NCBI GenBank assembly: GCA_033810155.1
Contig: JAPXKJ010000004.1
Span: 1 to 51,421, forward strand
Length of the DNA stretch: 51,421 nucleotides
Direction: 5' to 3'
Source of the DNA: Bacillota bacterium
GTDB taxonomy: Bacteria; Bacillota; Sulfobacillia; Fermentithermobacillales; Fermentithermobacillaceae
How positions within the stretch are numbered: position 1 is the stretch's first letter; each line of letters opens with the position of its first letter. This document shows positions 41,901 to 50,488 of the stretch, piece by piece. Both the position numbers and the translations under genes were made by a program. The notes below the pieces were generated by a model. That model saw nothing but the letters and a program-made list of their open reading frames with translations. It did not search any database and was not told the DNA's origin.

Positions 41901-42765
41901 TAGCCCGGGTGTTTGCGATACGTCTTCGCAAGAAGAACTTCTTGTTGAGCCTATATCTACCGACAGGGGCCAAATCATACCGACGAGGCTCAAAAAACAG
42001 GTTTTCGAAAAGGTTCTTTGCGCTATCGACCGTAGGGGGTTCTCCCGGTCTCAGTCTCCTGTAGATTTCCACCAAGGCTTCGTCTCTGGATTTCGTGCTA
42101 TCTTTATCCAATGTGTTTTGGAGCACAACGCTCTCGCCCATCAATTCCAAGATCTGAGCGTCAGTTTCAATTCCTACAGCTCTCAAAAGGACGGTCAGAG
42201 GCAGCTTACGTGTCCTATCTATTCTAACCCACGCAATGTCATTAGAGTCAGTCTCTACTTCAAGCCAAGCTCCTCTATTGGGGATCAAAGTCGCAGAGTA
42301 GATGTTCTTCCCATTTGCATCCGTATCGCACGAGTAGTATGCACCCGGCGAACGTACAAGTTGGCTAACGATGACGCGCTCAGCACCATTGATGATAAAA
42401 GTACCGCCGTCTGTCATCAGCGGGAAGTCACCCATGAAAACCTCTTGCTCTTTTAGTTCTCTTGTCGACTTGTTTATCAGCCTGACTCTGGCCTTTAACG
42501 GAGCTGAGTAAGTTACGTCCCTCTCTTTGCATTCTTCTACAGAATACTTAGGTTCTCCTAAACTGTAATCGATGAATTCAAGAAACAAATTGTCTGTAAA
42601 GTCTCTAATAGGTGAAATGTCCTTAAATACTTCACGCAATCCTTCCTTCAAAAACCATTCGTAAGAATCTTTCTGTACTGCAATAAGGTTTGGAATCTCG
42701 CGGACTTCGCGAATACGGCCGTAATCCAACCGTTCGCGCTTGCCTACCTTGACCGGATAGGCCAT
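38902..42765 (-). CDS. rpoB: DNA-directed RNA polymerase beta subunit with a long charged C-terminal tail
   Basis: Conserved beta-core blocks ([29 protein letters not shown]). 1287 aa, of which the last ~160 aa (38905-39381) are a low-complexity acidic/basic extension. Confidence 0.97.
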   Translation of the reverse strand: MAYPVKVGKRERLDYGRIREVREIPNLIAVQKDSYEWFLKEGLREVFKDISPIRDFTDNLFLEFIDYSLGEPKYSVEECKERDVTYSAPLKARVRLINKSTRELKEQEVFMGDFPLMTDGGTFIINGAERVIVSQLVRSPGAYYSCDTDANGKNIYSATLIPNRGAWLEVETDSNDIAWVRIDRTRKLPLTVLLRAVGIETDAQILELMGESVVLQNTLDKDSTKSRDEALVEIYRRLRPGEPPTVDSAKNLFENLFFEPRRYDLAPVGRYRLNKKFFLRRRIANTRAMMDIVHPTTGELLIEAGTLITRDAAQIISDAGITEVDVLTKDGQAVHVLTNGIHEQNEKAWSQEKYLTPADIIAFVNYFFGLIKGVGTVDDIDHLGNRRVRTVGELLQNQFRIGLSRMERVVRERMTIQDIDTITPQALINVRPVVGAIKEFFGSSQLSQFMEQTNPLTELTAKRRLSALGPGGLTRDRAGFEVRDVHHSHYGRICPIETPEGPNIGLTSSLTCYARINRLGFIETPYRKVNKAEKRVTNEIEYLTADEEDDCIIAQANAAIDEDGYFLEDAVMARYGREVMKSPPYEIDYMDVSPKQVFSVATSLIPFLEHDDASRALMGSNMQRQGVPLVRPEAPYVGTGLEYKAALDSGVMTLARRRGQVIKASAEEIVVQTETGQKDVYKLRKFGRSNQGTCFNQKTIVSKGDLVAEGDVLADGPSTDMGELALGRNVLVAYMPWQGYNFEDAILISRELVEEDVYTSIHIQEYECDARDTKLGPEEITRDIPNVGEDQMKDLDDRGIVRIGAEVRSGDILVGKVTPKGETELSPEERLLRAIFGEKAREVRDNSLKMPHGESGIVVDVKVFTREAGDELPPGVNVLVRVYVAQKRKISEGDKMAGRHGNKGVVAKILPREEMPFMEDGTPVQIVLTPLGVPSRMNLGQIFECHLGWAAKALGVHFATPIFDGITEQEIEELLEQSGLPRVGKTNLRDGRTGEYFDSPVTVGYVYMMKLLHLVDDKVHARSTGPYSLVTQQPLGGKAQMGGQRFGEMEVWALEAHGAAYTLQEMLTVKSDDVVGRVKTYEAIVKGENIPEPGIPESFKVLIKELQSLALDVQILDEEGNEIEIKELDEDVQETTTELDFMVETEVRRPVRRREREVADEEPYEDHEEEVAYVEEELGEEEEKEEEIPALEEKISADDKQESEDIMRAKQLEEDTKMIFDELFKEIEVPEDVHDVVEDEETVVKKKPTKTKAKRKARYAEADELGQLGRVRSIRDLEPDDEEEPEI

Positions 42766-42898
42766 TCATTTCACTCCTTAGGGGGTAAATTTGCGCCTAC
42801 GCCCTGAGAAATCGACCTCTTCACTCCAACGCAAACAGGTCATCGGTATTTGATACCTAAGTTTCCGGCTGGCGAGCGTATTATAAATGCAAGTAATA

Positions 42899-42927
42899 AT
42901 ACTATCACGCCTGCTGACTCATGTCAA
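42899..42927 (-). promoter_or_regulatory. Putative sigma-A promoter for rpoBC
   Basis: Minus strand reads TTGACA, a 17-nt spacer, then TAGTAT with TG two nt upstream (extended -10 like). It lies ~135 nt upstream of the rpoB ATG. Confidence 0.45.
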
Positions 42928-43007
42928 CAAACGCGACTGCAGAAGCTATTAACTTATATCTCCCTATCCTGTGGAAACAATCCTCTCATCTCGCGGCAAA
43001 ACCACCC

Positions 43008-43910
43008 CTACTCTCCTTCAACCGCCAAAAATCTCATCTTGACAAGGACTTCTCGTATTGAGTTTAACTCCTTTTCAGATGGTTCGCACAAAGGTAACCG
43101 AAATCCTCCTACCGGAACGCCTACCATCTCCAAAGCTGTTTTCACCGGCACCGGATTAGTTGTAATGAATAGAACCTTAAAAAGTTCAAAGAGTCTGTAG
43201 TGTATGCCCCATGCTTCCTTTACTTCGCCTTTACCGAAATATTGTATCATATTCTTAAGGTCTTGCGCTACAAGATGACCCGCTACCGACACTATCCCTG
43301 AACCGCCCAAAGAAAGGATGGGAAGAGTCAGGCTGTCATCTCCCGAGTAGACAAAAAAGCTCTCTGGGCATGCCCTAAGTATCATAGATACCTGATCCAG
43401 GTTGCCTGAAGCCTCTTTGATGGCTTTTACGTTTTTGAGTTCGGCCAATCTCAGGACCGTTTCAGGCAATATGTTCACTGATGTACGTCCCGGCACATTG
43501 TAAAGCATGATAGGAAGAGAAGTAGACTCCGAGATAGCTCTAAAGTGCTGGTAAAGGCCTTGTTGGCTTGGTTTGTTATAATATGGCGTAACGGCCAAAA
43601 TTCCATCTGCTCCTGCGTCCTCTGCACGCCTTGTAAGCTCCACGCTATCCTTTGTGTTATAGGAACTTGTACCCGCCCAGACCATGACATTGCGGGGAAG
43701 AGCGGACCTTACCTCAGACACCAATCTTATTTTCTCCTCGGGTGTGAGGGTGGGAGATTCTCCGGTTGTTCCCGAAACGAGTATACCATCCGCCCCCTGG
43801 GCAGAAAGACTCTGCGCAAGCCTAACAGAAGTACCATAGTCTACGTCCAAGTCGGGAGTAAAAGGAGTTACCATTGCTATAATCACACTTCCGTAGGGTG
43901 ATTCTCTCAT
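43008..43910 (-). CDS. dapA: 4-hydroxy-tetrahydrodipicolinate synthase
   Basis: AMVTPFT...GTTGESPTLT...YNKP (DapA/NAL family pattern); adjacent to asd. Confidence 0.9.
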   Translation of the reverse strand: MRESPYGSVIIAMVTPFTPDLDVDYGTSVRLAQSLSAQGADGILVSGTTGESPTLTPEEKIRLVSEVRSALPRNVMVWAGTSSYNTKDSVELTRRAEDAGADGILAVTPYYNKPSQQGLYQHFRAISESTSLPIMLYNVPGRTSVNILPETVLRLAELKNVKAIKEASGNLDQVSMILRACPESFFVYSGDDSLTLPILSLGGSGIVSVAGHLVAQDLKNMIQYFGKGEVKEAWGIHYRLFELFKVLFITTNPVPVKTALEMVGVPVGGFRLPLCEPSEKELNSIREVLVKMRFLAVEGE

Positions 43911-43930
43911 AGGGCTACACCTCCTTTTGT

Positions 43931-44950
43931 TTAGCGTAACTTGCTATCTTCCACAAGCATTTTTGCGATATTGCATGCGTTCGTAGCGGCGCCCCGCCTA
44001 AGATTATCAGCTACCAACCAATAGAGGATTCCGTTCTTCGAACTAAGATCACGTCGGATACGACCTACGTACACATCATCGGTATCTTCGCAGTCAAGGG
44101 GCATTGGGTACACTTGCTTAGCTGGATCATCGAGAACCGTCACACCAGGAAACGCTGTTAAGACTTCCCGCACTCTTTCAACGTTTGGTTCACTTTTGGT
44201 TTCTACAAGACAAGCCTCGGAGTGACCGATGAAAACAGGAACTCTCACACATGTACATGATATCGATAAATCCGGAATGCCTAGTATCTTCCGGGTTTCG
44301 TTTACCATCTTCATCTCTTCTTTAGAATAACCGTTATCGACAAAAGAGTCTATCTGCGGTATGAGGTTAAAAGCTATGGGATGCGGAAATTCCGAAGAAT
44401 CGCGCGAGAACTCAACATCATCAGACACCAGTCTGTTTAAGGAAGTCTGCCTCAACTCTTCCATCGCCTTGTATCCTGCCCCAGAAACTGATTGGTAAGT
44501 GCTCACATGCACCCTGAAAAGGCCAAACTCCCGCTCAATAGGGCATAGGCTCATAACCAATTGTATGGTCGAACAGTTAGGCCCGGCTATGAGCCCCTCG
44601 TGATCCCAAATACTTGCACCATTGACTTCAGGAACAACAAGGGGTACTTTCTCTTCCATTCTGAAAGCGGAAGACGTGTCAATTACAACCGGACCGCCAA
44701 TGAGATGTCTAACTAATTCCCTAGATACTTCAGTCGGAGTACACAGGATTACAATATCAAGTTTCCTCAGCACGTCTGAATCCGTCTTTTCGATAGTAAG
44801 GGACTGTCCGTGAAACGTGACTACCCTTCCGACCGACTTCTGGTAACCCGTCAAATAGAATTCACAATCAGGCAGGTCCATTTCTTCGAAAACTTTCATT
44901 ACACGCCCGCCTACCAGACCTCCCGCACCTACTACCCCTATTTTAACCAT
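43931..44950 (-). CDS. asd: Aspartate-semialdehyde dehydrogenase
   Basis: VVGAGGLVGG Rossmann N-terminus, active-site GPNCSTI, and SVSGAG. Confidence 0.9.
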   Translation of the reverse strand: MVKIGVVGAGGLVGGRVMKVFEEMDLPDCEFYLTGYQKSVGRVVTFHGQSLTIEKTDSDVLRKLDIVILCTPTEVSRELVRHLIGGPVVIDTSSAFRMEEKVPLVVPEVNGASIWDHEGLIAGPNCSTIQLVMSLCPIEREFGLFRVHVSTYQSVSGAGYKAMEELRQTSLNRLVSDDVEFSRDSSEFPHPIAFNLIPQIDSFVDNGYSKEEMKMVNETRKILGIPDLSISCTCVRVPVFIGHSEACLVETKSEPNVERVREVLTAFPGVTVLDDPAKQVYPMPLDCEDTDDVYVGRIRRDLSSKNGILYWLVADNLRRGAATNACNIAKMLVEDSKLR

Positions 44951-45033
44951 AGCTTTTACCCCCAGAAACCTTAAGTTAGGGTTAACCTCTCATTTGAGGA
45001 ACCTTTTGTATGGTAAGAATTATCATCAAATAG

Positions 45034-45071
45034 AAAAAAGGGCAAGTGAAAATAACAACCTTGCCCTTTTT
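45034..45071 (-). terminator. Intrinsic terminator after rplL
   Basis: Minus strand reads AAAAAGGGCAAG-gttgttattttca-CTTGCCCTTTTTT, a perfect GC-containing stem followed by a U-run, 17 nt after the rplL stop. Confidence 0.85.
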
Positions 45072-45087
45072 CGAAAGACTGATTTCC

Positions 45088-45471
45088 TTACTTCAGTTCA
45101 ACCTTAGCCCCGGCTTCTTCCAGCGCCTCTTTCACTTTTTGAGCCTCTTCTTTAGAAACCTTCTCTTTTATTGCCTTTGGAGCAGATTCGACAAGTTCCT
45201 TAGCTTCCTTCAAACCAAGCCCTGTAAGTTCGCGGACTGTCTTTATAACAGCGACCCTGCTCGCTCCTGCATCCGTAAGGACCACGTCGAACTCTGTCTT
45301 TTCCTCTTCAGCAGGCTTTGCTGCCTCTTGCACACCTGCGTTTGCCACAGGAGCTGCTACAACTGCCTGTGCAGATACTCCGAATTCTTCTTCAAACGCC
45401 TTCACAAGTTCTGCAAGTTCTACGACTGTCATCTCTTTTACCAAACTCAAAACTTGTTCTATCTTAGACAT
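45088..45471 (-). CDS. rplL: 50S ribosomal protein L7/L12
   Basis: [17 protein letters not shown]...[12 protein letters not shown]. Confidence 0.95.
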   Translation of the reverse strand: MSKIEQVLSLVKEMTVVELAELVKAFEEEFGVSAQAVVAAPVANAGVQEAAKPAEEEKTEFDVVLTDAGASRVAVIKTVRELTGLGLKEAKELVESAPKAIKEKVSKEEAQKVKEALEEAGAKVELK

Positions 45472-45493
45472 TCTTATTGACCTCCCTATGGTC

Positions 45494-46033
45494 TTATACT
45501 CGTGCTTCTTCTTTTTGTTGTTTTACTTGACTAAGTACTGTCGCCAAACCCGCCAATGGCGCGTTCAATACAGTTGCTAGCGACGACAACGGTCCATTCA
45601 TAGCAACTGCAACCTGAGTTAACAGAACCTCTCTGGGTGGTAACGTGGCTAGAAAGACCACTCTGTCTGCTGATATACTTTGGCCTTCTAACACACCACC
45701 TTTGATCTTCACCACCGGAACCTCAAGAGAAAAGTCTCGCAAGACTTTCGCGGGAGCCACCGGGTCGACTTCGCTGGCGGCCATCGCCGTAGGTCCCTTA
45801 AAGACATCTTCCATACCCTCGAGGTTAAGCTCTTGGGCCGCTCTGAAGGCCAGGGTATTCTTCACCACTTTGTAAGAAACCCCGCTCTCTCGGCACTTAC
45901 GGCGCAATACTGTGTCGTCTTGAACGGACAAACCTCGGAAATCTACGAAAACCACGCTCTTGGCTGTCTCCATGTTCTTTTTGAGCTCTTCCTGCGCCTT
46001 AGCTTTTTCTCGCCTCTGCCTGCTTTCCAACAA
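45494..46033 (-). CDS. rplJ: 50S ribosomal protein L10
   Basis: [12 protein letters not shown].... TTG-TTG start region after AGGAGGGA (start 46033 or 46030). Confidence 0.9.
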   Translation of the reverse strand: MLESRQRREKAKAQEELKKNMETAKSVVFVDFRGLSVQDDTVLRRKCRESGVSYKVVKNTLAFRAAQELNLEGMEDVFKGPTAMAASEVDPVAPAKVLRDFSLEVPVVKIKGGVLEGQSISADRVVFLATLPPREVLLTQVAVAMNGPLSSLATVLNAPLAGLATVLSQVKQQKEEARV

Positions 46034-46225
46034 TATCCCTCCTATCTCGACCGCCTACTCACATCAAAAAGGGCCCTGCCGAAGGCATAGGCCCTTTTTA
46101 TTCCATATATAGGTCATAAAAGAGTCTAACCTCGGCAGGCGGCCTTCTAAAGAAGGCCATTACGTTTTCACACCTGCTGTCTTAGGTTCACGCTATTTAG
46201 TTTATCCGAAACCTAACCATCCTTG
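46034..46225 (-). promoter_or_regulatory. rplJ (L10) leader with an attenuator-type terminator hairpin
   Basis: 192-nt gap between rplA and rplJ. The minus strand has a GGCCTTC-tttA-GAAGGCC hairpin (46141-46158). It also has AAAAAGGGCCtatGCCttcGGCaGGGCCCTTTTT (46066-46099) just before the rplJ RBS. This architecture matches the Firmicute L10-leader attenuation mechanism. Confidence 0.55.
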
Positions 46226-46933
46226 CTAAGCACTCTGAGGTCTAGTAAGCCTTGAAAGACTAATCGGAACTCCAGGTCCCATAGACGGGCTCACGGTAAC
46301 ACTCCTTATATACTGGCCTTTGGCCGCAGGTGGCTTCGCTCTGATTATTGCATCCATGAAAACATAGAAATTGTCCAGTAGTTTGTCAGTGCCAAAGGAA
46401 ACCTTACCTATTTTGGAGTGGACTATCCCTGCCCTTTCGGTTCTGAACTCTACTTTGCCTTGCTTAATCTCTTTTATTGCAGTTTCTACGTCCATAGTTA
46501 CTGTTCCGGTTCTCGGGTTCGGCATAAGACCCCTAGGTCCAAGGATCCGACCAAGTCGCCCTACGATGCCCATCATGTCGGGAGTAGCAACTGCTCGATC
46601 AAACTCTAGCCAACCCTTTTGGATTTGCTCGGCCAGTTCTTCCGCCCCTACATAATCTGCTCCGGCTTCCTGAGCTTCTTTGGCCTTTTCGCCACGCGCA
46701 AACACCAGAACTCTCACTTCTTTGCCTGTACCGTGCGGCAATACTACCGCACCTCTGACTATTTGATCTGCGTGTCTTGGATCAACTCCAAGCCTGACGG
46801 CGATATCCACAGTTTCATCAAAACCGGCGTACGAAATCTGGGGCATGAGATCAAACGCTTCGTTTGGCTCATAATCTTTCGCCGGTTCTATAAGTTTGGA
46901 TGCTTCTATATACTTTTTGCCTCTTTTAGGCAT
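46226..46933 (-). CDS. rplA: 50S ribosomal protein L1
   Basis: [11 protein letters not shown]...[19 protein letters not shown]. Confidence 0.95.
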   Translation of the reverse strand: MPKRGKKYIEASKLIEPAKDYEPNEAFDLMPQISYAGFDETVDIAVRLGVDPRHADQIVRGAVVLPHGTGKEVRVLVFARGEKAKEAQEAGADYVGAEELAEQIQKGWLEFDRAVATPDMMGIVGRLGRILGPRGLMPNPRTGTVTMDVETAIKEIKQGKVEFRTERAGIVHSKIGKVSFGTDKLLDNFYVFMDAIIRAKPPAAKGQYIRSVTVSPSMGPGVPISLSRLTRPQSA

Positions 46934-46993
46934 TGCCCTAACCTCCTAGTGGTAATAACGGATTCAATCCTCCCACAGAATTGCCTAATAAAA

Positions 46994-47416
46994 CTAGACT
47001 ACCTCGACCCCCATGCTCCTAGCGGTACCCTCAATCATCCTCATTGCAGCTTCAACAGACCCTGCGTTAAGGTCTTTCATCTTCAACTCGGCTATTTCTC
47101 TGACTTGGTCCTTGGTAACTTTTCCAACTTTCTTCTTGTTGGGCTCACCCGAGGCTCTTTCGATTCCAGCCGCTTTCTTGAGTAGTACTGACGCAGGCGG
47201 GGTCTTTACGACAAAACTAAACGATCTGTCTTCGTATATCGTGACTACTACTGGCACGATAGTCCCGATCTGACCAGATGTCCGGTCGTTAAACTGCTGG
47301 CAGAAAAGCTGCAGGCTTACCTGATGAGGAGCCAACGCGGGGCCCACAGGCGGTGCAGGTGTAGCTTTGCCACCTTGAATCTGCAACTTGACTACTGCTT
47401 TTACTTTCTTAGCCAT
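46994..47416 (-). CDS. rplK: 50S ribosomal protein L11
   Basis: [20 protein letters not shown]. Confidence 0.95.
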   Translation of the reverse strand: MAKKVKAVVKLQIQGGKATPAPPVGPALAPHQVSLQLFCQQFNDRTSGQIGTIVPVVVTIYEDRSFSFVVKTPPASVLLKKAAGIERASGEPNKKKVGKVTKDQVREIAELKMKDLNAGSVEAAMRMIEGTARSMGVEVV

Positions 47417-47426
47417 ATGCCTTCCC

Positions 47427-47987
47427 TCACACTTCCTCTACCTGATTGAAGTCCAACTCCACCGGCGTTTCCCGACCAAATATCGAGATGAGCAGTCGGA
47501 GTTTGCCTCGATCGGCCATAATATCCTGAACGGTACCCATCATCCCCTGGAAAGGACCGGATTTCACCCTGAGACTTTGTCCTGGCCTAAATCTGACCCT
47601 AACTCGAGGCGCCGCGTCTGGGCTTGTACGCCTCAATATCATCCCAACTTCATCTTCATCAAGAGGGATAGGTTTGGAACCAGGTCCAACAAATCCTGTG
47701 ACCCCTGGAGTATTGCGAACCATGTACCAAGAATCGTCGTCCATAATCATATTGACCATAACGTATCCCGGAAACACCTTTCGCTTGACTACTCGTTTCT
47801 TTCCTTCCTTGTAGTCAATCTCTTCTTCCTCGGGCACCAGCACTTCGAATATCTTATCGCCCATCTTCATGTTCTCAACCCGTTGTTCCAGGTTAGTCTT
47901 AACCTTGTTCTCATACCCGGAATACGTATGAACAACGTACCACTGGGCTTGTTCTTTAGTTTCGCTTGAGTTTGTATCCATAAACAA
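47427..47987 (-). CDS. nusG: Transcription termination/antitermination factor NusG
   Basis: [17 protein letters not shown] motif and a C-terminal KOW ([10 protein letters not shown]). Confidence 0.95.
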   Translation of the reverse strand: MFMDTNSSETKEQAQWYVVHTYSGYENKVKTNLEQRVENMKMGDKIFEVLVPEEEEIDYKEGKKRVVKRKVFPGYVMVNMIMDDDSWYMVRNTPGVTGFVGPGSKPIPLDEDEVGMILRRTSPDAAPRVRVRFRPGQSLRVKSGPFQGMMGTVQDIMADRGKLRLLISIFGRETPVELDFNQVEEV

Positions 47988-48034
47988 GGACCCCCTCGAT
48001 CACGTTCTGTTGGGTCCCAATCTCTCCCTTATTT

Positions 48035-48250
48035 CTACTTCTTAATGATGAAACTCATTAAAAGAGTCAAAAGAGCGTCAGTTCCCCACAAAACAAGGCC
48101 AACGCCGATCATAGCAAACAACACAGCTTTTGTATAAAGCTTTAGCTCATGCCACGAAGGCCAGATTACTTTCTTTAACTCCGAACGGACTTCTCTGAGA
48201 AAACCGCCAATTTTGCCGAAAAGGTTCTTTATCCACTGTAGAATTTTCAT
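48035..48250 (-). CDS. secE: Preprotein translocase subunit SecE
   Basis: 71 aa with REVRSELKKVIWPS followed by a single TM helix; upstream of nusG. Confidence 0.9.
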   Translation of the reverse strand: MKILQWIKNLFGKIGGFLREVRSELKKVIWPSWHELKLYTKAVLFAMIGVGLVLWGTDALLTLLMSFIIKK

Positions 48251-48275
48251 TTATCTCACCTAACGTGAAAGTTTA

Positions 48276-48351
48276 TGGCAGGCCCGGAGGGATTCGAACC
48301 CCCAGCCTTCGGTTTTGGAGACCGCCGCTCTACCGTTGGAGCTACGGGCCT
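48276..48351 (-). tRNA. tRNA-Trp (anticodon CCA), CCA encoded
   Basis: Minus strand reads AGGCCCGTAGCTCCAACGGTAGAGCGGCGGTCTCCAAAACCGAAGGCTGGGGGTTCGAATCCCTCCGGGCCTGCCA. Anticodon loop CT-CCA-AA. Confidence 0.9.
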
Positions 48352-48424
48352 GCGTTTTGGGGCTGCTGAGCCCCGCAAAACCACGAAAACCATGGAAACA
48401 TACTGCTACACAGATCGTGCGGGA

Positions 48425-48586
48425 CTAACGCGTTTCTCTGTGAACAGTATGCGTACGGCAAAACTTGCAGTATTTCTTAAGCTCAAGTCTTCCGGAATGG
48501 TTCCTCTTATTCTTCTTGGTAGTGTAATTACGCTGCTTGCATTCTTGACATGCAAGGGTAATTATTTCCGTCGGCCCTTTTGCCAA
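48425..48586 (-). CDS. rpmG: 50S ribosomal protein L33 (zinc-binding form)
   Basis: Hand-translated: (TTG)[52 protein letters not shown], ending in a stop codon. TTG start at 48586 lies 4 nt after GGGAGGGAGA. Not in the ORF track. Confidence 0.85.
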   Translation of the reverse strand: MAKGPTEIITLACQECKQRNYTTKKNKRNHSGRLELKKYCKFCRTHTVHRETR

Positions 48587-48624
48587 CTAGTCTCCCTCCC
48601 ACCCCGGCGCGATTTTCAAAGCCG

Positions 48625-48654
48625 AGTGTAACACACGCCTGTTTCTCATGTCAA
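48625..48654 (-). promoter_or_regulatory. Putative promoter upstream of rpmG-secE-nusG
   Basis: Minus strand reads TTGACA, an 18-nt spacer, then TACACT preceded by TGT. It shares TTGACATGAG...CAGGCGTG with the rpoB promoter candidate. Confidence 0.35.
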
Positions 48655-48686
48655 TTCTATGCATCCGCAATAAACCTAGCACTGAT

Positions 48687-49889
48687 TTACTCCTCAATCT
48701 TGGTGACTACACCTGATGCAACAGTGCGGCCGCCTTCACGTATTGCAAACCTTAGGCCCTCTTCTATCGCTATTGGAGCTATTAATTCTACTTCTATGCT
48801 TACGTTGTCTCCGGGCATTACCATCTCTACCCCTTCAGGTAGCGTGACTGTGCCTGTCACATCTGTGGTCCTAAAGTAAAACTGAGGCCTGTATCCTGAG
48901 AAGAATGCGCTGTGCCTGCCACCTTCTTCTTTGCTCAGTACATAAATCTCTGCACCAAACTTCTTGTGTGGCTTTATGCTGCCAGGCTTTGCCAACACTT
49001 GACCTCGCTCTACTTCGTCCTTTGAGATCCCTCTTAGCAAACATCCTACGTTGTCTCCCGCTTGCCCTACGTCAAGCGTCTTCCTGAACATCTCTATCCC
49101 TGTTACTACTGTGCTCTTTGGCTTCTCTGAAAAACCTACTATCTCTACAGAATCCCCTACCTTGACCATTCCTCTTTCTATCCTGCCTGTTACTACTGTC
49201 CCTCGTCCTGTTATCGTAAACACGTCTTCTATAGATAGCAAGAACGGCTTGTCTATATCCCTCTCCGGAGTAGGAATATATTCGTCTACCGCTTCCATTA
49301 ACTTTAGTATCGGACCACACCACTGGCAATCCGGCTTGCCGCATCCGCACTCCAATGCCTTCAGCGCAGAACCCCTTATCACCGGCGTGTCGTCCCCCGG
49401 ATAATCGTACTTGTCCAATAGTTCCCTTACTTCAAGCTCGGATATCTCTAAAAGTTCCTCGTCATCTACCATGTCTACTTTGTTCAAAAATACCACTATC
49501 GCAGGAACTCCTACCTGCCTCGCCAATAGTACGTGCTCCCTTGTCTGCGGCATCGTTCCATCTGCTGCAGATACTACTAGTATCGCCCCGTCCATCTGCG
49601 CAGCGCCTGTTATCATGTTCTTGATGTAGTCCGCGTGACCCGGACAGTCTACGTGAGCATAGTGCCTATTGTCTGTCTCATACTCTACGTGCGATACCGA
49701 TATCGTTATCCCTCTTGCCCTTTCTTCGGGCGCCTTGTCTATCTTGTCAAATGGCGTAAAGTCCGCTCTCCCCTGGCTCGCCAATACCTTCGTTATTGCC
49801 GCAGTAAGAGTCGTCTTACCATGGTCTATATGACCTATGGTCCCTATGTTCACATGAGGTTTCGTTCTCTCAAATTTCTTCTTAGCCAC
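48687..49889 (-). CDS. tuf: Elongation factor Tu, copy 2 (tRNA-linked copy; GTG start, TAA stop, Lys398)
   Basis: The protein is identical to copy 1 except R398K. GTG start at 49889 lies 8 nt after AAAGGGGA. Confidence 0.97.
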   Translation of the reverse strand: MAKKKFERTKPHVNIGTIGHIDHGKTTLTAAITKVLASQGRADFTPFDKIDKAPEERARGITISVSHVEYETDNRHYAHVDCPGHADYIKNMITGAAQMDGAILVVSAADGTMPQTREHVLLARQVGVPAIVVFLNKVDMVDDEELLEISELEVRELLDKYDYPGDDTPVIRGSALKALECGCGKPDCQWCGPILKLMEAVDEYIPTPERDIDKPFLLSIEDVFTITGRGTVVTGRIERGMVKVGDSVEIVGFSEKPKSTVVTGIEMFRKTLDVGQAGDNVGCLLRGISKDEVERGQVLAKPGSIKPHKKFGAEIYVLSKEEGGRHSAFFSGYRPQFYFRTTDVTGTVTLPEGVEMVMPGDNVSIEVELIAPIAIEEGLRFAIREGGRTVASGVVTKIEE

Positions 49890-50003
49890 AATAGTATCCC
49901 CTTTCGTATGACTTTACTCTTTTATGCCCAACATATTACGAAACTTCGTCTCTATCCTGATCTTAGAAACATATCCCTACATTGTGCAAGTAAAACATTA
50001 AAA

Positions 50004-50079
<76 letters not shown>

Positions 50080-50098
50080 ACCATGGATACTGCAAATT

Positions 50099-50175
<77 letters not shown>

Positions 50176-50187
50176 ACGTTCCTTATA

Positions 50188-50273
50188 TGGTGGAGAGGGC
50201 TGGATTCGAACCAGCGAAGGCGTCCGCCAACAGATTTACAGTCTGCCCCCTTTGGCCGCTTGGGTACCTCTCC
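50188..50273 (-). tRNA. tRNA-Tyr (anticodon GTA) with long variable arm, CCA encoded
   Basis: Minus strand reads GGAGAGGTACCCAAGCGGCCAAAGGGGGCAGACTGTAAATCTGTTGGCGGACGCCTTCGCTGGTTCGAATCCAGCCCTCTCCACCA. Confidence 0.9.
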
Positions 50274-50347
50274 TGACAACTTCTATACTACTATGTTTTC
50301 TATCCTTGCGCAACCTAAGATGAGGGTTGCCTTCGCAAGATTCCCAG

Positions 50348-50372
50348 AGTTCTAGAAGCAAGTTCTAGAAGC
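50348..50372. repeat. Tandem 12-nt direct repeat AGTTCTAGAAGC x2, each containing the 8-bp palindrome TTCTAGAA
   Basis: Copies at 50348-50359 and 50361-50372 are separated by one A. The repeat lies immediately downstream of the -10 element of the tRNA-tuf promoter. Confidence 0.8.
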
Positions 50373-50379
50373 GTGTTCG

Positions 50380-50408
50380 ATTATATAATGTCGAGACTGA
50401 TATTGCAA
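50380..50408 (-). promoter_or_regulatory. Sigma-A promoter of the tRNA-Tyr / fMet / Thr - tuf unit
   Basis: Minus strand reads TTGCAA, a 17-nt spacer, then the consensus TATAAT, ~105 nt upstream of the tRNA-Tyr 5' end. This is the best promoter match in the window. Confidence 0.65.
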
Positions 50409-50488
50409 CCTGAGTTTCTGCAGATGTCTCATCCGGCTCTCGTCTTCGTGCCGTACCAAACTCGCCTACGGCCGGACTTTGCGTTTGT

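Noticed and set aside
35455-42456. Numerous 60-190-aa plus-strand ORFs inside rpoC and rpoB (for example 35988-36467, 37506-37922, 39265-39684 and 41884-42456).
   Set aside because: All are antisense or off-frame within the two RNAP genes, lack RBSs, and have no recognisable motifs.
44951-45087. A possible lysine (L-box) riboswitch or T-box in front of asd-dapA.
   Set aside because: Only about 80 nt remain between the rplL terminator and the asd ATG. That is far too short for an L-box (~180 nt), and no conserved L-box helices are visible.
48275-48631. A 118-aa plus-strand ORF between secE and tuf copy 2.
   Set aside because: Its first third is the complement of tRNA-Trp and the rest is antisense to rpmG (L33), which I could translate cleanly. 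It is spurious.
30004-49889. The duplicated 1.2-kb segments as ends of a mobile element or composite transposon, or as an assembly artefact.
   Set aside because: The repeats coincide exactly with the tuf CDS, and the flanks are unrelated. There is no transposase, and the intervening genes are essential core genes. Two tuf copies in exactly these positions are a known Clostridia-type layout. Assembly collapse cannot be excluded from sequence alone, but the distinct start and stop codons argue for two real loci.
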